From contig CM102287.1 of assembly GCA_046563655.1 (NCBI GenBank), forward strand, positions 4,836,001 to 4,900,000: DNA of 64,000 nt, in the 5' to 3' direction. The notes beneath the pieces were generated by a model. That model did not search any database, was not told the origin of the DNA, and saw nothing but the letters and a program-made list of their open reading frames with translations. Made by a program: the position numbers and the translations under genes. Source of the DNA: Yuukianura sp. NJ FZ-2021. Taxonomy: Eukaryota. Below, piece after piece: positions 1-13,168 of the stretch (positions within the stretch are counted from its first letter, which is position 1; every line of letters starts with the position of its first letter).

Positions 1-1582
1 GCCCCTGCTTAATCGGAGGTGTTAATTTCAAGTTAATTGGTTATTGATAGATAACAAATTGATTGACGTATGTTACACAGCGTAGAGCATGACATCAACA
101 AATTGACGTCGACCACATAGGACAGACTCAACATAAAACATGAACTAATTTCTACTTCGTACTAAAACCAAATGACCATTGACCTTTCGGCACTTGTTAT
201 CTAGCAGACAACGCTGCTAATACTTGTGGTCTGACTTTTGGTCAGGCACACAGCAATCCACATTTAATCGCTCTTGCATCAGCGTGAGTAAAAATATAAT
301 TCCAGCCCCCCAAATGAACCGGATTATCTAATTTAGGTGGGGATTAACCGTGAGAATTTCCACAAACCTGGCAAAAATCACGGGAAAATATATTTAGTTT
401 TTTTTTAAAGTAAAACCATACAAAACTCGTAAAATTAATTGACAAAAGAATCCACGCCTAAAAGTTTCCCTGCTTTTCCAAAGAGTTTTGCATGCTTTTT
501 TTTTACGTAAAAGCGTAAAATGGTTGAAAAACAATACAAACAATCCTAACGACGTAAGAAACGAGAAATCCCCAAATTTTTTGCAACTTTTTTTTTCCGC
601 AAACGTATTGTTTTGATAGTACCACTACCTGCGACCTGCACGTACTAAGAACTAGATATTATCCAGTCCGGATTCAAGTTTTAGCACGATGATGGCTTTT
701 CCAAACTAAAAAAAAGTTTTAAAAAAAAGCTCGTAAATAAATGGCTACGTCTGGGAAATACTGGACGTGAGAACCCACGTGGATTTAACTACGAGATTAA
801 AACGCCTTACAAACCAGTAATTAACCAAATAAATCTTCAAACTTCACAAACAATTTGCACTTTTCACCTAAAAAAAATACTCATTTTGAGCAAACGAAAA
901 CTAAAAAAAACATGAGCTAATTTCCTAGAAATCCGTATTGGTAGTGTACCCCTTCCACATTTGATTCAAATTTTTGCAAACAGACATTCATTCCTATACT
1001 GTTTGCAAAATTTTTGTAATTTTCCTATCCTGCCCCGCTGTTTTCTACAGATTAGCGAATACAATCCGGACACATAAGGAAACGGATTTTGCAAAAATCT
1101 GTGTTTTGTAGGAGAATTACCTCACCTCCATCACGTAATTTTTACTGGGAATCCAGGATATAAGTAATTTGCAAAAACCAAGAATTAGGTTCAATTTGCA
1201 TGGCTCAAAAAAGTTTGACTCAAAAATTTCCCGAAGTCATTGATATTATCCTAATAATGACCACAAGAAAGAGACATGGGCCTAGACAGACCAATGTGAG
1301 TGACTCTGCCTGGTACCCCGAGGAAACAATTGCAAATTTTTTGCAACTTTTTGCAACTAACAGGGGGAGTGGGGCTGGGAAACCAACTACGAAGGGGAAT
1401 GCCAAAAGAAATAATCTGTTCTTGCACTTACTACAAGAGGAGAGGGAGCGAAGTGGATTGACAACAGTTCCATTCCAACGGTCGTAAGAGTCACTCGTTT
1501 CCCAAATTGCATCTTCGCTACACTGTTGTTGTAGACTTTAGCCAATCCAAGAGTTCCTAAGACAAGAGGTCACGAGGTCACA

Positions 1583-4500
1583 ATGTTAGACTGCCATCAG
1601 AATCCTGCCGACGGAGAAGAGATCTTCCGTTTTGACGACGAAGAGAACTTTCTCCCAATTCCGACCATGAAGGGTCTGCACAAGAGCAAGAAGTGCTCGG
1701 GCGACTTGAGCAGCAGGGCGACCATTGGACATGGGCTGAAGGATGCCAATGGTAACCAGGTCAAGGTGTCCATGTTCAACTGCTTTGGCTCTACATTTGA
1801 TATCGATGGGGAAGAGATCTTGAGGATCCGACCACAAAAGAACTTCAGCTTCGACATCATGACGAGTTGTACGTCTGAACCAAAGGCTCGCAGGGTCATC
1901 AACCGTAAGTCAACTTCTGGAATTAACAAATTAATAGATTAGTTATTTTATTAACTTGTAACTGTATAACACTAAAATTACTTATTTCATTACTTGTAAG
2001 AAGACAGCATAGTTGACCTTCGCCTTAATGTTTCTTCCGCCAGGAAGCTAAACTGTAGTCAATTCTTGGTAAATTGCATATTTATCTCAAGCGATTACTC
2101 AAGCACATGACACACATGAATACATTAGCAGCAGTAACAATCGAGGCCTAGGCTAACAAAACAATAGTTCGCATTCACACCACAAATTATCCCCAAAAGT
2201 ACATTCGGAATCCCTAAAATTTCACATCTTTCTACTTAGTATTTGATCAGCTGAAAGTACAAAGGTTGACATTCCCATTTTAAGCATAAACATTTGGACT
2301 TTCAATGTTAACTACTGTTGGTGATGGTACCCTGCTGTTGCTTTGTCACTTTTGGTTCGTTAAGTTATGCCCAAAGTAACCTCATGAAGTAGACGATAAG
2401 TAGGAACCTTCGACGATACCTTAATTGACGAATCTCAATTAATTTTTTGTTGACACCCTAACCAAAATAAACAAAAGACACACTTTACAGTGCACACTTT
2501 TAGTTTTATACTTTGCCTTTTAAGCAGTTAACAGTTAGAGATGAAGCAATTGGTTCAAAATTGCATTCATTCACAAAAGGAAAATTTTTTTACGGCCATA
2601 TCCAATTCTATCTTTGGAATTGAAACCAAACCAAAACATAAACATCTAATTGTTCAATTTTTTGGCACTCGCCTCAATTCCTAATTTCTGCGTCTCTGCA
2701 CCGTCTAACAATGCATTCCCATCTAAAAATAAGACACAACTTAAGTGTCTATTTACAACATTAAATCAACTAGTGGAGCCATTGCACATTGAGAGCGACT
2801 GGCCATGACTCAATTGAGGTCATCGGTCATTCCTCTTCCATGGCCACTTAAGTGCCGTCTTTTCTTCGGGAAGTGTCAGATTTTACAGACTCTGTAATGG
2901 TTCCCTGGAAATGCAGAATTGGCGGGGTTAGATGAACGACCGAGTTAAACGCGAATGAACCGCAGCTTAACCGTTTTTTTACTATGCTCATAAACTAAAA
3001 ATTTCCGACGGGTCGTGTATCTCAGACGAATGACCTCTCAGCTTCCATAAACTTTGACTACAAAAAAAGAAAGCACTTTTTAGTTCTCAGCCGACTCTCG
3101 AAATTTAATGCCTCGTCTTCAAAATTCCGAAACATGCAACTTCTCAGATTTGAAAAGACCTAAATCAGCAAAAAAGCATTCAAATACCATGAAACTGAAG
3201 ATGCATGAAAAGTACGAAAGTACTAAAAATCAAATGATTTGAAAAGTGGTCGGCTGTGGCTATAAATGGTCACCATGTGAATGATTAGCAACGCCTAACC
3301 TCCTGCAGCTCACTCGACTTTATAAATTGCATTGAAATAGAAACCTACTTAGGAAATTCTAACCCACAACAGCCCCAAAGACCCAAATTACGCAACGTAG
3401 AGCATTAACTTTTCTAAAGTTAAAAGTTGAAGGTCATGAGTCAGCATGAAGTTTAGTTCAACTCCTAAATCTAAAGTTAACCGAACCCTGCCTGATGTGT
3501 AAAGCTTGTCCCAAAATTGACCGAATTTGTAAGTCTAAATTTAGTCCTAATCCAAAGTTAAGCCGAATTTCAAGTTTAACTTTGTAAAGTCCGTAGAACC
3601 CGAAACTATTCTATATAATTTGGCTTTCTAAAATGTTAAACGCATCGGCGGCGTATTAAATTAAGCTGTAAAGTCTAAGCTGTTACACTAAATTGCATCC
3701 ATTTTCGACACACTTCCCAATTAAACTTTCTAAACAAAAGGGCCGAGCGTCAGCGCGTGCAAATTTGATGAGGTTTTACGGTTCGTCTAGGATCTAAAAC
3801 CACTTGTTATACTTGTTTCATTGACGTAGCTACACAGAAAATAGAAAATAGATATTGCGGGTTAACTGCCTCCGATGACAATCCAAGGTCACTAGGGGAG
3901 AAACGAGAAAAGAGTTTTAGACAAGGCCGCTGCCCTTTGTGTCTCTCCGTTTGAACAAGCAAGGTCACCACCGTGTTTGTTCAAACGGAGATCGAAAGTT
4001 CCCAATCCCTTACTTTGTTTTCCCATTTTCAATAGTTTAGCATATAAACAAAGAAGTAGAAAACCTAAAAATTCACTGTATTTTAAAATTCAAATAAAAA
4101 ACATGCATCTGTCAATGGCAGGTTGAGAATATGAAAAATTATAAATTTGAGTTAATGAATAGTATAAATCGTCTAAATTTAGCCTCAACAAATAAGTTAT
4201 CCCTGAAACTTTCCCCCTATTTTTAACCTGTTTTTGTGTTTTTCAGGGACAAGGCGTTGTTTTGACCTTTCATCAATGTATCACAGCCTTTCGGGCAGCA
4301 GTGAAGAGGAAGATGAATTCGAGCCTTACAACTATTCTTCATCCTTCGAAGACATGACAATTGAAGGACTTCGGATTCACCTTCGATCCTGTTTCACGTA
4401 ATACCCTATTCACTTAAGCATAATCATTAGCATAATTTTTTACTTCTCCAGTCTGACTCAAACTGGAAAGACTGGATATGGCAAGATTTGAGATTCTAGG

Positions 4501-4907
4501 AAGAATTAGCATCTCATGACTGACTGATTTTTGGTTTTGTTCATTAGATGCGGAGTCCATTGGCATGAGGAACAGGCTTCACTTGACTGTACAGAATGTG
4601 GAGGCTATGCACTCTCTAGACCTTGCCCTGACTGTGATGGAAGATGTCACGCGACCTGGACACGCAACCTTGACCAGGTGACTAACCAAACAGCTTAGCA
4701 CTGACTGAGCTCCTGATCAAGTGATCACTGATGAGCTGAATGATGTGTTACAAATACAATCTTGTGACACATCCACTAAGCCTCATCAGTGCCACGAAAA
4801 CTTAACATTTAGAAAATATTTCTAACTCTTTTCTCATCTCTTTTCAGTCACATACACTTGGCAAGGCAAGATGGACCGGCGAGTGTCAGAGTCTAGACTC
4901 CGCCTAA
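1583..4907 (+). CDS. Pino: Pinocchio-like Cys-rich protein; exons 1583-1904, 4247-4397, 4548-4677, 4848-4907
   Basis: The spliced frame reads ...LRSCFTCGVHWHEEQASLDCTECGGYALSRPCPDCDGRCHATWTRNLDQSHTLGKARWTGEC..., matching the recalled pinocchio CxxC pattern. All introns are GT-AG with consistent phases. Exon 1 (donor C|GTAAGT at 1905, phase 1) joins acceptor 4247 in frame. An alternative start ATG lies at 4276. Confidence 0.8.
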
Positions 4908-5333
4908 ACCTAATCTACTAATCTCAAGATCTAGATTAATCTCAACACTTTTGTTATTCTAAAGAGAATATCAGTAATTATAATGTTAAGTAGGCTCAAA
5001 ATCCCTAAACTCAAGCACACTACTAGAAATTAGTAATGTCATTCCACTAACCTGTCAACTTTTCTCTGCCTCCCAACATCCCAGCGCTCAATATTTTTGC
5101 AATTTTAATTAAACATTTTTATACTTTGCTCAAGAGAGATAATACAACAAGAGATACGACTACTCAGTACTACTTTGTATAACAGTAGAATAACACTTAG
5201 AAAATGTAGGAAAATACGCTCTTTTTCAAGGACCATGATTAGGTTAGAGTCTTTAACTTAACCATTTTTGTAAAAGAGGGACTTAAGGAATGAAGGAAAA
5301 GTTGTGAATATGGAATAAAATGTGTAAGTTATT

Positions 5334-8300
5334 TTAAACAATGCTCTGGTGATTACCTTTGATTAGTAGAAAGAGATTATCATCCGTTTGAACACTAGCA
5401 TCCATCAGGGGAGCACTGACCCGGCCACAGGCAGTACAACAGTAAATCTCATCCACATTCCGGTTTAAGTCTTTTCTGGTAACAGCGTTAGCGTTATGTG
5501 TTGTCATCGTCGTGGGCGATTCCAGTATTTGTGGCCTAGAATGTCTAGGAAGGGACAAGGAGTAGGATTTCCTGGATTTGACTTGACTATTACTATTAGC
5601 ATGGTGGTGATGCTGATGATGATGATGGTGATTGGTTGTTGCTGGGTGTGACTCTTGCACATGACCTGTCGGAAGAGCACAAAGATTAGTGAAACATGAC
5701 ATGACCATAATGTAACTGGTTGTGCATAAATGAGAAATTACATATTCTTTTGCATGTTCGAAACTCACTATCATTTGGCAAATGACGTTCAGTTGCGGAA
5801 GAGAGGTCAGTGTCAGGGTCACTCTTGATTAGGGAGTGTCCATGGCATCTTCCGCCTAACGAAGTTTCTCTCTTCACACTCGTGATGGTAATACTGGAAA
5901 TGTTGGATTTGACCTCATTGAGGTTAACCACCCGCCGTGGTTCGTCCAGCCCCGACGTCGACTGGGATCTAAGCTGTAGACGAGAAACAAAGAAAAAATA
6001 TTAAAATTACAGTAATTTCACTTTTTACATCATTTTGCTTTCATTTTCCTCAAAAAGCTTCGTTAGTTTTGGCAATCTGGCACTGCAATCTGCAACAAGT
6101 AGTCATTAGTTGGTCAGGAGCTGAGAGCAGCTTAGAGAAAACCAAAAGAGAAGCAAAAACAACAGATCTACATTTCTGCAGTCTTAAAAAGCCTAAAAAT
6201 TCGGACTAAATATTCCCCCGAAACTCTCAAAATTTCCATTCATTCATCCAAAAACCACAATTTCCGTTTACCTTTGACCCAATTTCCGCCAAAAACTAAA
6301 AATAAGCTTAGAAAGTGGATTTCTGCATCTATTTGACCCCGTTTTCACAACTACAAGCACCAAATTGCATCATAATTGCATTTGACCCCTACACTTTTAC
6401 CAAAATAACTAAGCTAACTTTACCGATTACGTCAACAAAAGCCCACGATGAGTTTTCTAAAGCACGGAAGCATTTTGTGGTCTACGCATCGCATTTCCGC
6501 GTCATAAAAATGATGATGGGTTTAAATTACCATTTAAAGAAAAACTGTCCACTCCATTTCTGGATCTCCGCAGATCTTAAGATTTACTAAAAAGTAAAAG
6601 TAGGAATATTTGAAAAGTTAGTTAAAAATCCCAAGTTTTTGAAAAGTTTTGTCTAAAAAAAGCAGGAAGCCATTGAAATTAGATTGTTAGTAAGGCGGAA
6701 AGCCCCTTGCTTCTTGTTCAAGCAAGCATTTCACGTTTCTCCAAACAATTCAACTGTTTACAATTGAGTAGTGATTGACCTTAATATCAGTCCTGAGAGG
6801 CACGCGATATCTCGGAGACACTTTATACTCATGCTTGGGTGGAAGGGAACTTCGGCGCGGTGGCTTCTCGGGCGCTCCCGTTGCTAAAATAACATCCAAA
6901 CATTGTTCTTGTCCTTTGTCTCTTTCCAACTAAAGTTTCACTTATTTTGACATGCACATCGCAACTACTTTAGTTTGCAAATTATTGAGAAAATGACTCA
7001 ACCCAGACCCATTTTCATGTTCCGCATTTCCTCATGACCATGCTAAAGTTAACACCTTAAGATGATGATCTGTACACTGACTCACAAAAGTAAATTGAAG
7101 GTAAAACTTACACTGAAGAGAGAAACTTCGACGATACAGCTTTCCACCCGAAACGGAGTCCAAGTGACCGTAAGATTCAAACGGATATGCTTGTCCACAC
7201 TCCTTGCAAAGCAGTTTGAGCCAAATCTCCATCTCACGCTCCGATTCCGCTGCAATGTAAACTACAGATTTCTCTGCAAAAGCAGAAACAACATTTCAAA
7301 ATGAAAATCTTCAACTATCTCACATCATATTTACTTTTTAGAAATTTTGTGACTTGGTACCTTGATTCTCCTTGGCTTTTTCCAACTTGAAGGCAAATGG
7401 TCTGGAATGAACTTCGACTGCTGGTGCCACTCTGTACTCGTTTACGCTGATCTCAAAGGAATGTGATCCCACCACAAGCAGATTCCTGTAGAGACTTGAC
7501 TTGTGCCTATTCCAGCGTGGACCAAACTTCCAGTGAGCTCGTTCGTGAAGATAGCCAGAGTATGTGGCAGCACCAGCACCCGCTTGAGCAGAAGGACTTG
7601 TGGCACTGACCACTTTGATTTCTGAACTTGGATTTCCCGCTCTTTGACCGGCACTTGAGCTAGACCGGCCAAGAGTATCCATCGGTTTGGTCTTGACTGG
7701 GGACTTGGTGGCTTGTTGAGGACTCGGCACAACTGATGCTGTGGCTGTAGTATCTCCGGAAAGCTTCTCCATAAACGGAAGTGTCACTCGAGAGCCCTTC
7801 ACATTGGTATCTCCCACGAACAATTTTAAAATCTGGTCATCTACGTCTAGCTTATTGGATTCGGACTTTGATTTGTCCAGTGGCGGACGTTTCTTGTGCG
7901 CATAATTGTCATCCTGGAACAATATAAAATGAAATTGGTTACGAAAATCTTATTTTGCATGAAAACGTCAGAAAATCGTTTTTGTAATTTGATTCACCTG
8001 AATAAAAGTAACTGGTGGTCGAGTACTGATTGGACTTGTCCCACTGACAGTAGCCCTCCGTCGCAAAACTCCACGCGGTCTCGTGGGATACAATTTCCAG
8101 AATCTTGCCTCAGCATTTGAAGAAGCACTGGAAGTTGGTTCCTCATTTTCAACGTCTTTTCCAGTCGTCGCCAATGGAAACTTCATAGTTTCTTTTTCGC
8201 TAAACTCTCGTTCCCCTGCCTCCTCTGCCACTGGACTCACAATCTTGCGAACAGGGACCCTGCTCGGTTTGAGATACATGTGACCAAGGAGGTTACTGGC

Positions 8301-9530
8301 ATGACGAGGTCGTCGTTTGATTGTCAGAATTACTTCACATGGATTTTCATGTAACAGGGAAATCACATTCTTCTGAACCCATCCCACGACGGTCTGATAG
8401 TTGACCTGCAGAATTTCGTCACCTCGATCTAAATGTTGTGTCCCACCAGATTGCTGTGCTGGAGAGTTCGTTACAACTCCAGAAACTAAATGCAATCCAA
8501 AATAACTCGTCTCGAACTCTAGTCCCTAAAACACAATGATAAAGGTGTAACTTTTGAAAGCATTTTTAAGCTATAACTCTTGGAAATCTTACGAGTTCTT
8601 GTTCATGTCTTTTTCGAATATTGACAATGTCAATGGCAGCTGGCTGATATGCTAGCGAATCCTTGGTGTGGATCATGTAATCACAGAGTTCAATAATTTT
8701 GGTGCAGAGATACTGGACTTCCTGTCAACAAAAACAAAACAATAGCTAAAGATTCATTGAATTCTAAAGCGTGGTTACATCAACACATTTTTATAAACTT
8801 AGAACGTACCTCGCTGGCGTTGTCAGCAAATAAATCTCGCTGACTGAGTACAGCCAATTCGAAACAATGCCTCGTTAGCTTCTTCGTGATTTCGTCATAT
8901 TCTATCACACCTAGGAATGGATATCGAGTCAGCCAGCGAACCAATGTTTTGCTTGCATCCAGCAAATAAGCTCCCGTTGAGAGTGACTGCGTCGGAATTT
9001 TGTTCTTCCTTGGTAAATCACTCAACTCTGAACGATACGTCTTGCATCGGACGCTGAAAAATACAAAACACGTCATGAGCCATAAAAACAGTAAACAAAA
9101 TTGGAAATTCTTACCTAAGATTTGAGGCCAATGTTTGCAATGTGATCCTATCAGTCTCCATTTCCTGCAACAACAAAAGAAATAAATCGCTTGAACGTTA
9201 TCATTTACTGGAAATCGTAGAAAAAACGAAAAAGTCTTACGTCTCGCAGTGCCTGAATGGCATCGTGAAGGAGCAACTGATCACCGACTTTGTTTATACC
9301 GATTAATGCCAAGTCTCCAGCCATCAAATTGAGTAACCTGGCACCATTGATTTGCTTCCGGATGAACTGCGCTCCATAATTGCAAATTGTGGGATCCAAT
9401 CCTAAAGTCAATCATCAGAAACAACTGTAATTAGCAAAAGTAAGATTGCAACAAAGGTGCGAAAATCGTTACCTCCAATCCATTCTACCACTTGTTGAAC
9501 TGTCCACTCCGTAACGTTGAGCAGCGACAT
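5334..9530 (-). CDS. cnk: Connector enhancer of KSR (CNK)-like scaffold: SAM-CRIC-PDZ-PH, multi-exon
   Basis: SAM: MSLLNVTEWTVQQVVEWIGGLD...INGARLLNL. CRIC: LLDASKTLVRWLTRYPF. PDZ: GDEILQVNYQTVVGW...VILTIKRRP. It also has a RRRATVS motif and a PH-like domain YSGYL...RPFAFKL...YIAAESEREMEIWL. The 3' exons near 6781-6883, 5769-5973 and 5334-5665 join in phase. Confidence 0.88.
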
Positions 9531-10705
9531 AAAGAAAGCACCACCCTCTTCCTCTGTGATTCAAGATTGTCGTTTTACGCTAATCACAGTGTTCGGCAAG
9601 GTCACATAACGTAAACACTCTCTCCTCCGCTTGCTAAATTAAACAAAACCGGGAATGCAATTAGTCGATTAATTAGGAGTGCACTTGGTTGTAACTCCCA
9701 ATTTTAGTTACTAACTTTTCAGTTATAACTGGAAGGTAATTAAATTACACTCTAAAATCAGTGTAAGTCTTCGGGGTTAAGAGGTGTTAATTTAAATAAT
9801 TAATTAGATAAAAGGTTAACGTTAAAATTGTAGAGAACATGAATGAAGTTATAGATGATAGAGATGAAAAATTTGTTGTTATCTTCCCATTTTTTGAATC
9901 TCGAGCCAACAATTCGCAAAGTTTTGACCGACGGCGTACAATGTAAATATCCGATATCGATTAAGCAACCCGCTTCTAGAAGCCAAAAATAGTAATGAGG
10001 GTTAACAAAACTTTGCGCAGCCAATGTAGGTAATTGAAGCGTTAACTAAAAACTGGAATTGATTAGCAATGCAGGTCAACTAACCTTATTAGAAGGAGCC
10101 TCCTTCAAGGAGGGCCTCTCACGCATTGTCAGTACTAACTTGCTGGATGGCTCTCAAGAAGATTGGTCTAGGATGCATTCATCATGGGTGACCATCGGTG
10201 TACCAGAACTTTCTTTAGTCCTTGGAAATTCCAAGGTCGCCGACGAGTAACAGTTGGGTGCATCGCTGGCCGATGTGTCCATTTTTCCAGAATCATTTGA
10301 GTTCGCATGCATCTCTGTGTTTCCCTTTCCAAGGCGGTTTAACTTTCTCGGTCGCTTTCTCCACACACCCATGTCATGTCCCGCAGAGGCAACTAGTAGT
10401 TCCGTCGAGGTAGAATCCGGGAGACGTCGGGTTTTTTTCCGAATACAAATCCCCCTACGAAGTCGAGCACGGTCCATTTGAACATGTCTTGGTCGCTTGC
10501 TGGCTTTCATTTGAACATGAAAGAATAGTAGTAGAAGAGCGTAGCCAAGCGAGGTCTCCGGTTTGTAATCGGATTCCAAAGTTTTCTAAAATGTTTCGAG
10601 GTTTCAATTTCAAAGAGCCAGAGTAGTAAAACTAAAACAACAAACACAACAGTTAATTAGGTTCAACTAATTTGGAATAAGTGGAGATTTTTGATTACTT
10701 TGGAC

Positions 10706-11428
10706 ATGACCCAAATCGTTCTCAAAAGTCTGTCTATCCTGTTAGGAATTTTCTTCATATTCCTTGGGATCCTTAAGATTACTCCCTTCATCAATAAAGA
10801 CCTTCACAAAGACATGGTAAGCAAAAGCGAAAAGCAAGAAAGCAGCAAAACCTTAATAAGCGTTGACCTCTGATTTGACCTCTCCAAATTTCAAAATTTT
10901 CAGAGGAAGGAATTTGTGAAATATGCCAAGATATTTCCACTCGCTCAAACTTTAGGGTTCAAATTACCGTCAAAATGGTACCGCAGAACAATCGGCGGAC
11001 TCGAAATTGTATGCGGAGCCTTACTTGCCTTTGCTCCGAACCGTAAGAAAACCGTATCGGAACATTAAGATTTTCGAAACGAATGATTCTGCCAAGTCAA
11101 AGCTCAATTCGTTGTCAATTTCAGCTCAAGCAAAGCGACTCATGAATGGAATTCTGTTCGTCCTAACGCTTCTCAACGTCTACTCTCATTTACTAGTAGA
11201 TGAAAAGTTTGAACGAACTGCTCCAGCCTTGGTAATCTAAAAATGATCAAAAATTTAGAAAAGTTCAAAAATGTCTTCAAAAAATTAAAAATTTGATGAA
11301 ATGTTGCGCAGGTTTTCTTCTTTATGTTATCCTGTCGCCTAGTCGTGGAATACCAACAAGACAGAAAACTGAGACAAGATGCTCTTCTGGCAAGTAAATC
11401 CAAGGAAAATGGAGAAAAGATCGAGTAA
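10706..11428 (+). CDS. TMEM35A: NACHO / TMEM35 nicotinic acetylcholine receptor chaperone; exons 10706-10816, 10904-11042, 11125-11231, 11312-11428
   Basis: MTQIVLKSLSILLGIFFIFLGILKITPFINKDLHKDM|RKEFVKYAKIFPL...KWYRRTIGGLEIVCG...EKFERTAPAL|VFFFMLSCRLVV is the characteristic NACHO sequence. It ends in a Lys-containing tail. Confidence 0.92.
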
Positions 11429-11746
11429 ACATTCCATCACCGATTACTCACTCCGCCCACTTCTATAAGCAACTTATATTGGAAGCATCAAGCATCGCCC
11501 AGCACCGCAAGCAAAAGCAATTTAGGAATCTTGTTCATGATTTTGATTCGTAGCAAATTGGCAAAAGCTTGTATCCTTTAATTTGATCAATTTTCAACAT
11601 TGCACAACTAAGGGCTGATCAGTTATCAGTTAACTGATCGGCAGTATTTGAAGTAAGGAGTAGCATATAGGACTTACAGTTTAGGTAAATTGGGTATTGG
11701 TGGATCTTACAGGAGTTAGATTGAAGGAATTTGAGGATTTCGGTTT

Positions 11747-12920
11747 TTAAGGATCGTCATGGCCAGTTTTAAGGAGACGAAGGGCTCTTTCTAGGTTCTG
11801 AATGGCAGTCGGTACATCTTCGTGGTCAATGGCAGACACAGCCCACTTGCAATACTTTTGTGCTTTGGTCATCTCCGCAATTGATAGTCTCGCAGGACCT
11901 ACAATCAAGAGCAACGTTTATTATTAAGTTAATCGTAAGTAAATGAATAATGAGTAAAGCATTTGTAAACAAAAACTTTGTACTATACCTTGTGCCGATT
12001 CCATTTGTGAGTACGGATTCACTTGAGGACTGAACCCACCTCCTGGTTGTAACGTAGCGGAAGTTGTAGGTGAAGGCACGGCGGGTCTCGCTTGGGGTAC
12101 AGGCTGAGGCTGTGTAAAATTATCAATATTAGGCCAGTATCCGCCAACTGCACCAGCAGCAGAGCTTCCTGAACTCAAGTTGGAGTGTTGCTGCTGATTC
12201 TGAGGAGGCTGTTGAGTGTTAGATGCTTCGTCTTTGGAATCGGAGTCTTCCTCCTCTCCTTCTTCCGGAAATGGTCCAGGATGCGGCGTTTCCCCATTCT
12301 TCAGGCAACTGTTGATGTACGCTGCCTTCCACTTTGCGTACTTCCTTGTTCCTACAAGGTCCTCAGACAATTCCCCTTTGTTGAAGTTTGTCAGCACATC
12401 AATGAGAATTCCAGCAGTGTAATACGTTTTTATAACGTTCCTGTAAAATATTAACGAAAATTATTAAATTGATATCAACCGACAGTTCAATATGGAAATC
12501 AAAGTCGTGTATGACCCCTCACTTGTTAAATATTCCAGCACGATCCTGTCCGTCAGCCCAGTTGAAAATTCTGAGGGCGTAGTTCTCTATATGTGCTTCC
12601 GCTACGGCTTCGTTGGTTATTGCTTCGTTGTCCTTCATCTCCTTCTTACGTTTCTCCAGCCAGTCCATCAAGGCCAATAGAAACGTTCTTGCTTCTGCTG
12701 AGCTTTTATCGATTGCCAATCCCTGTTGAACTGCATAGAAGCGACCTGCAACACCAAACGTTTGATGAGTTTCATGTCCACTGCAATGCTAAAGTGTAGT
12801 TAAAATTGATTTGAACTTACACCAATAGGCGACGACGGGGTCACGAACATCATGTTCGGAAGCGATCTTGAGACAGTGGTTCAACGTTTTCAGTTGCGGA
12901 GGAAGTACGGGAATGGACAT
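11747..12920 (-). CDS. VTA1: Vacuolar protein sorting-associated protein VTA1 homolog
   Basis: MIT region: MSIPVLPPQLKTLNHCLKIASEHDVRDPVVAYW...ARTFLLALMDWLEK...AHIENYALRIFNWADGQDRAG...RKYAKWKAAYINSCLKNGETPHPGP. VSL domain: AQKYCKWAVSAIDHEDVPTAIQNLERALRLL. Confidence 0.95.
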
Positions 12921-12923
12921 CTT

Positions 12924-13168
12924 GGTTGAGGTAAACTTTAACGACCGTCATTGTAGCCGCACAGTGTAGCCACTCCGCCATTTTTTGTGGCTACAATGGG
13001 TGGCTACACTTTGCGGCAACTTATGTTGCCACTCTAGGTTAGGTTAGGTTAGGTTAAAGTGGCTACTTAAGTTGCCGCTCAGGTGTAGCCACCCATTGTA
13101 GCCACTAAAAATGGCGGAGTGGCTACACTGTGCGGCTACAATGACGGTCGTTAAAGTTTACCTCGACC
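12924..13168. mobile_element. 245-bp foldback MITE with ~110-bp TIRs, 8-bp TSD (GACATCTT) and (AGGTT)4 core; superfamily possibly Merlin, or hAT/P
   Basis: The left end GGTTGAGGTAAACTTTAACGACCGTCATTGTAGCCGCACAGTG... is the near-exact reverse complement of the right end ...CACTGTGCGGCTACAATGACGGTCGTTAAAGTTTACCTCGACC. GACATCTT flanks it at 12916-12923 and 13169-13176. Termini are GG and there are internal TGTAGCCAC/GTGGCTACA subrepeats. Confidence 0.95.

Noticed and set aside
967..1016. Short inverted repeat AAATTTTTGCAAACAG...CTGTTTGCAAAATTTT
   Set aside because: It is AT-rich with no TSD or defined element ends. It is probably a decayed repeat fragment.
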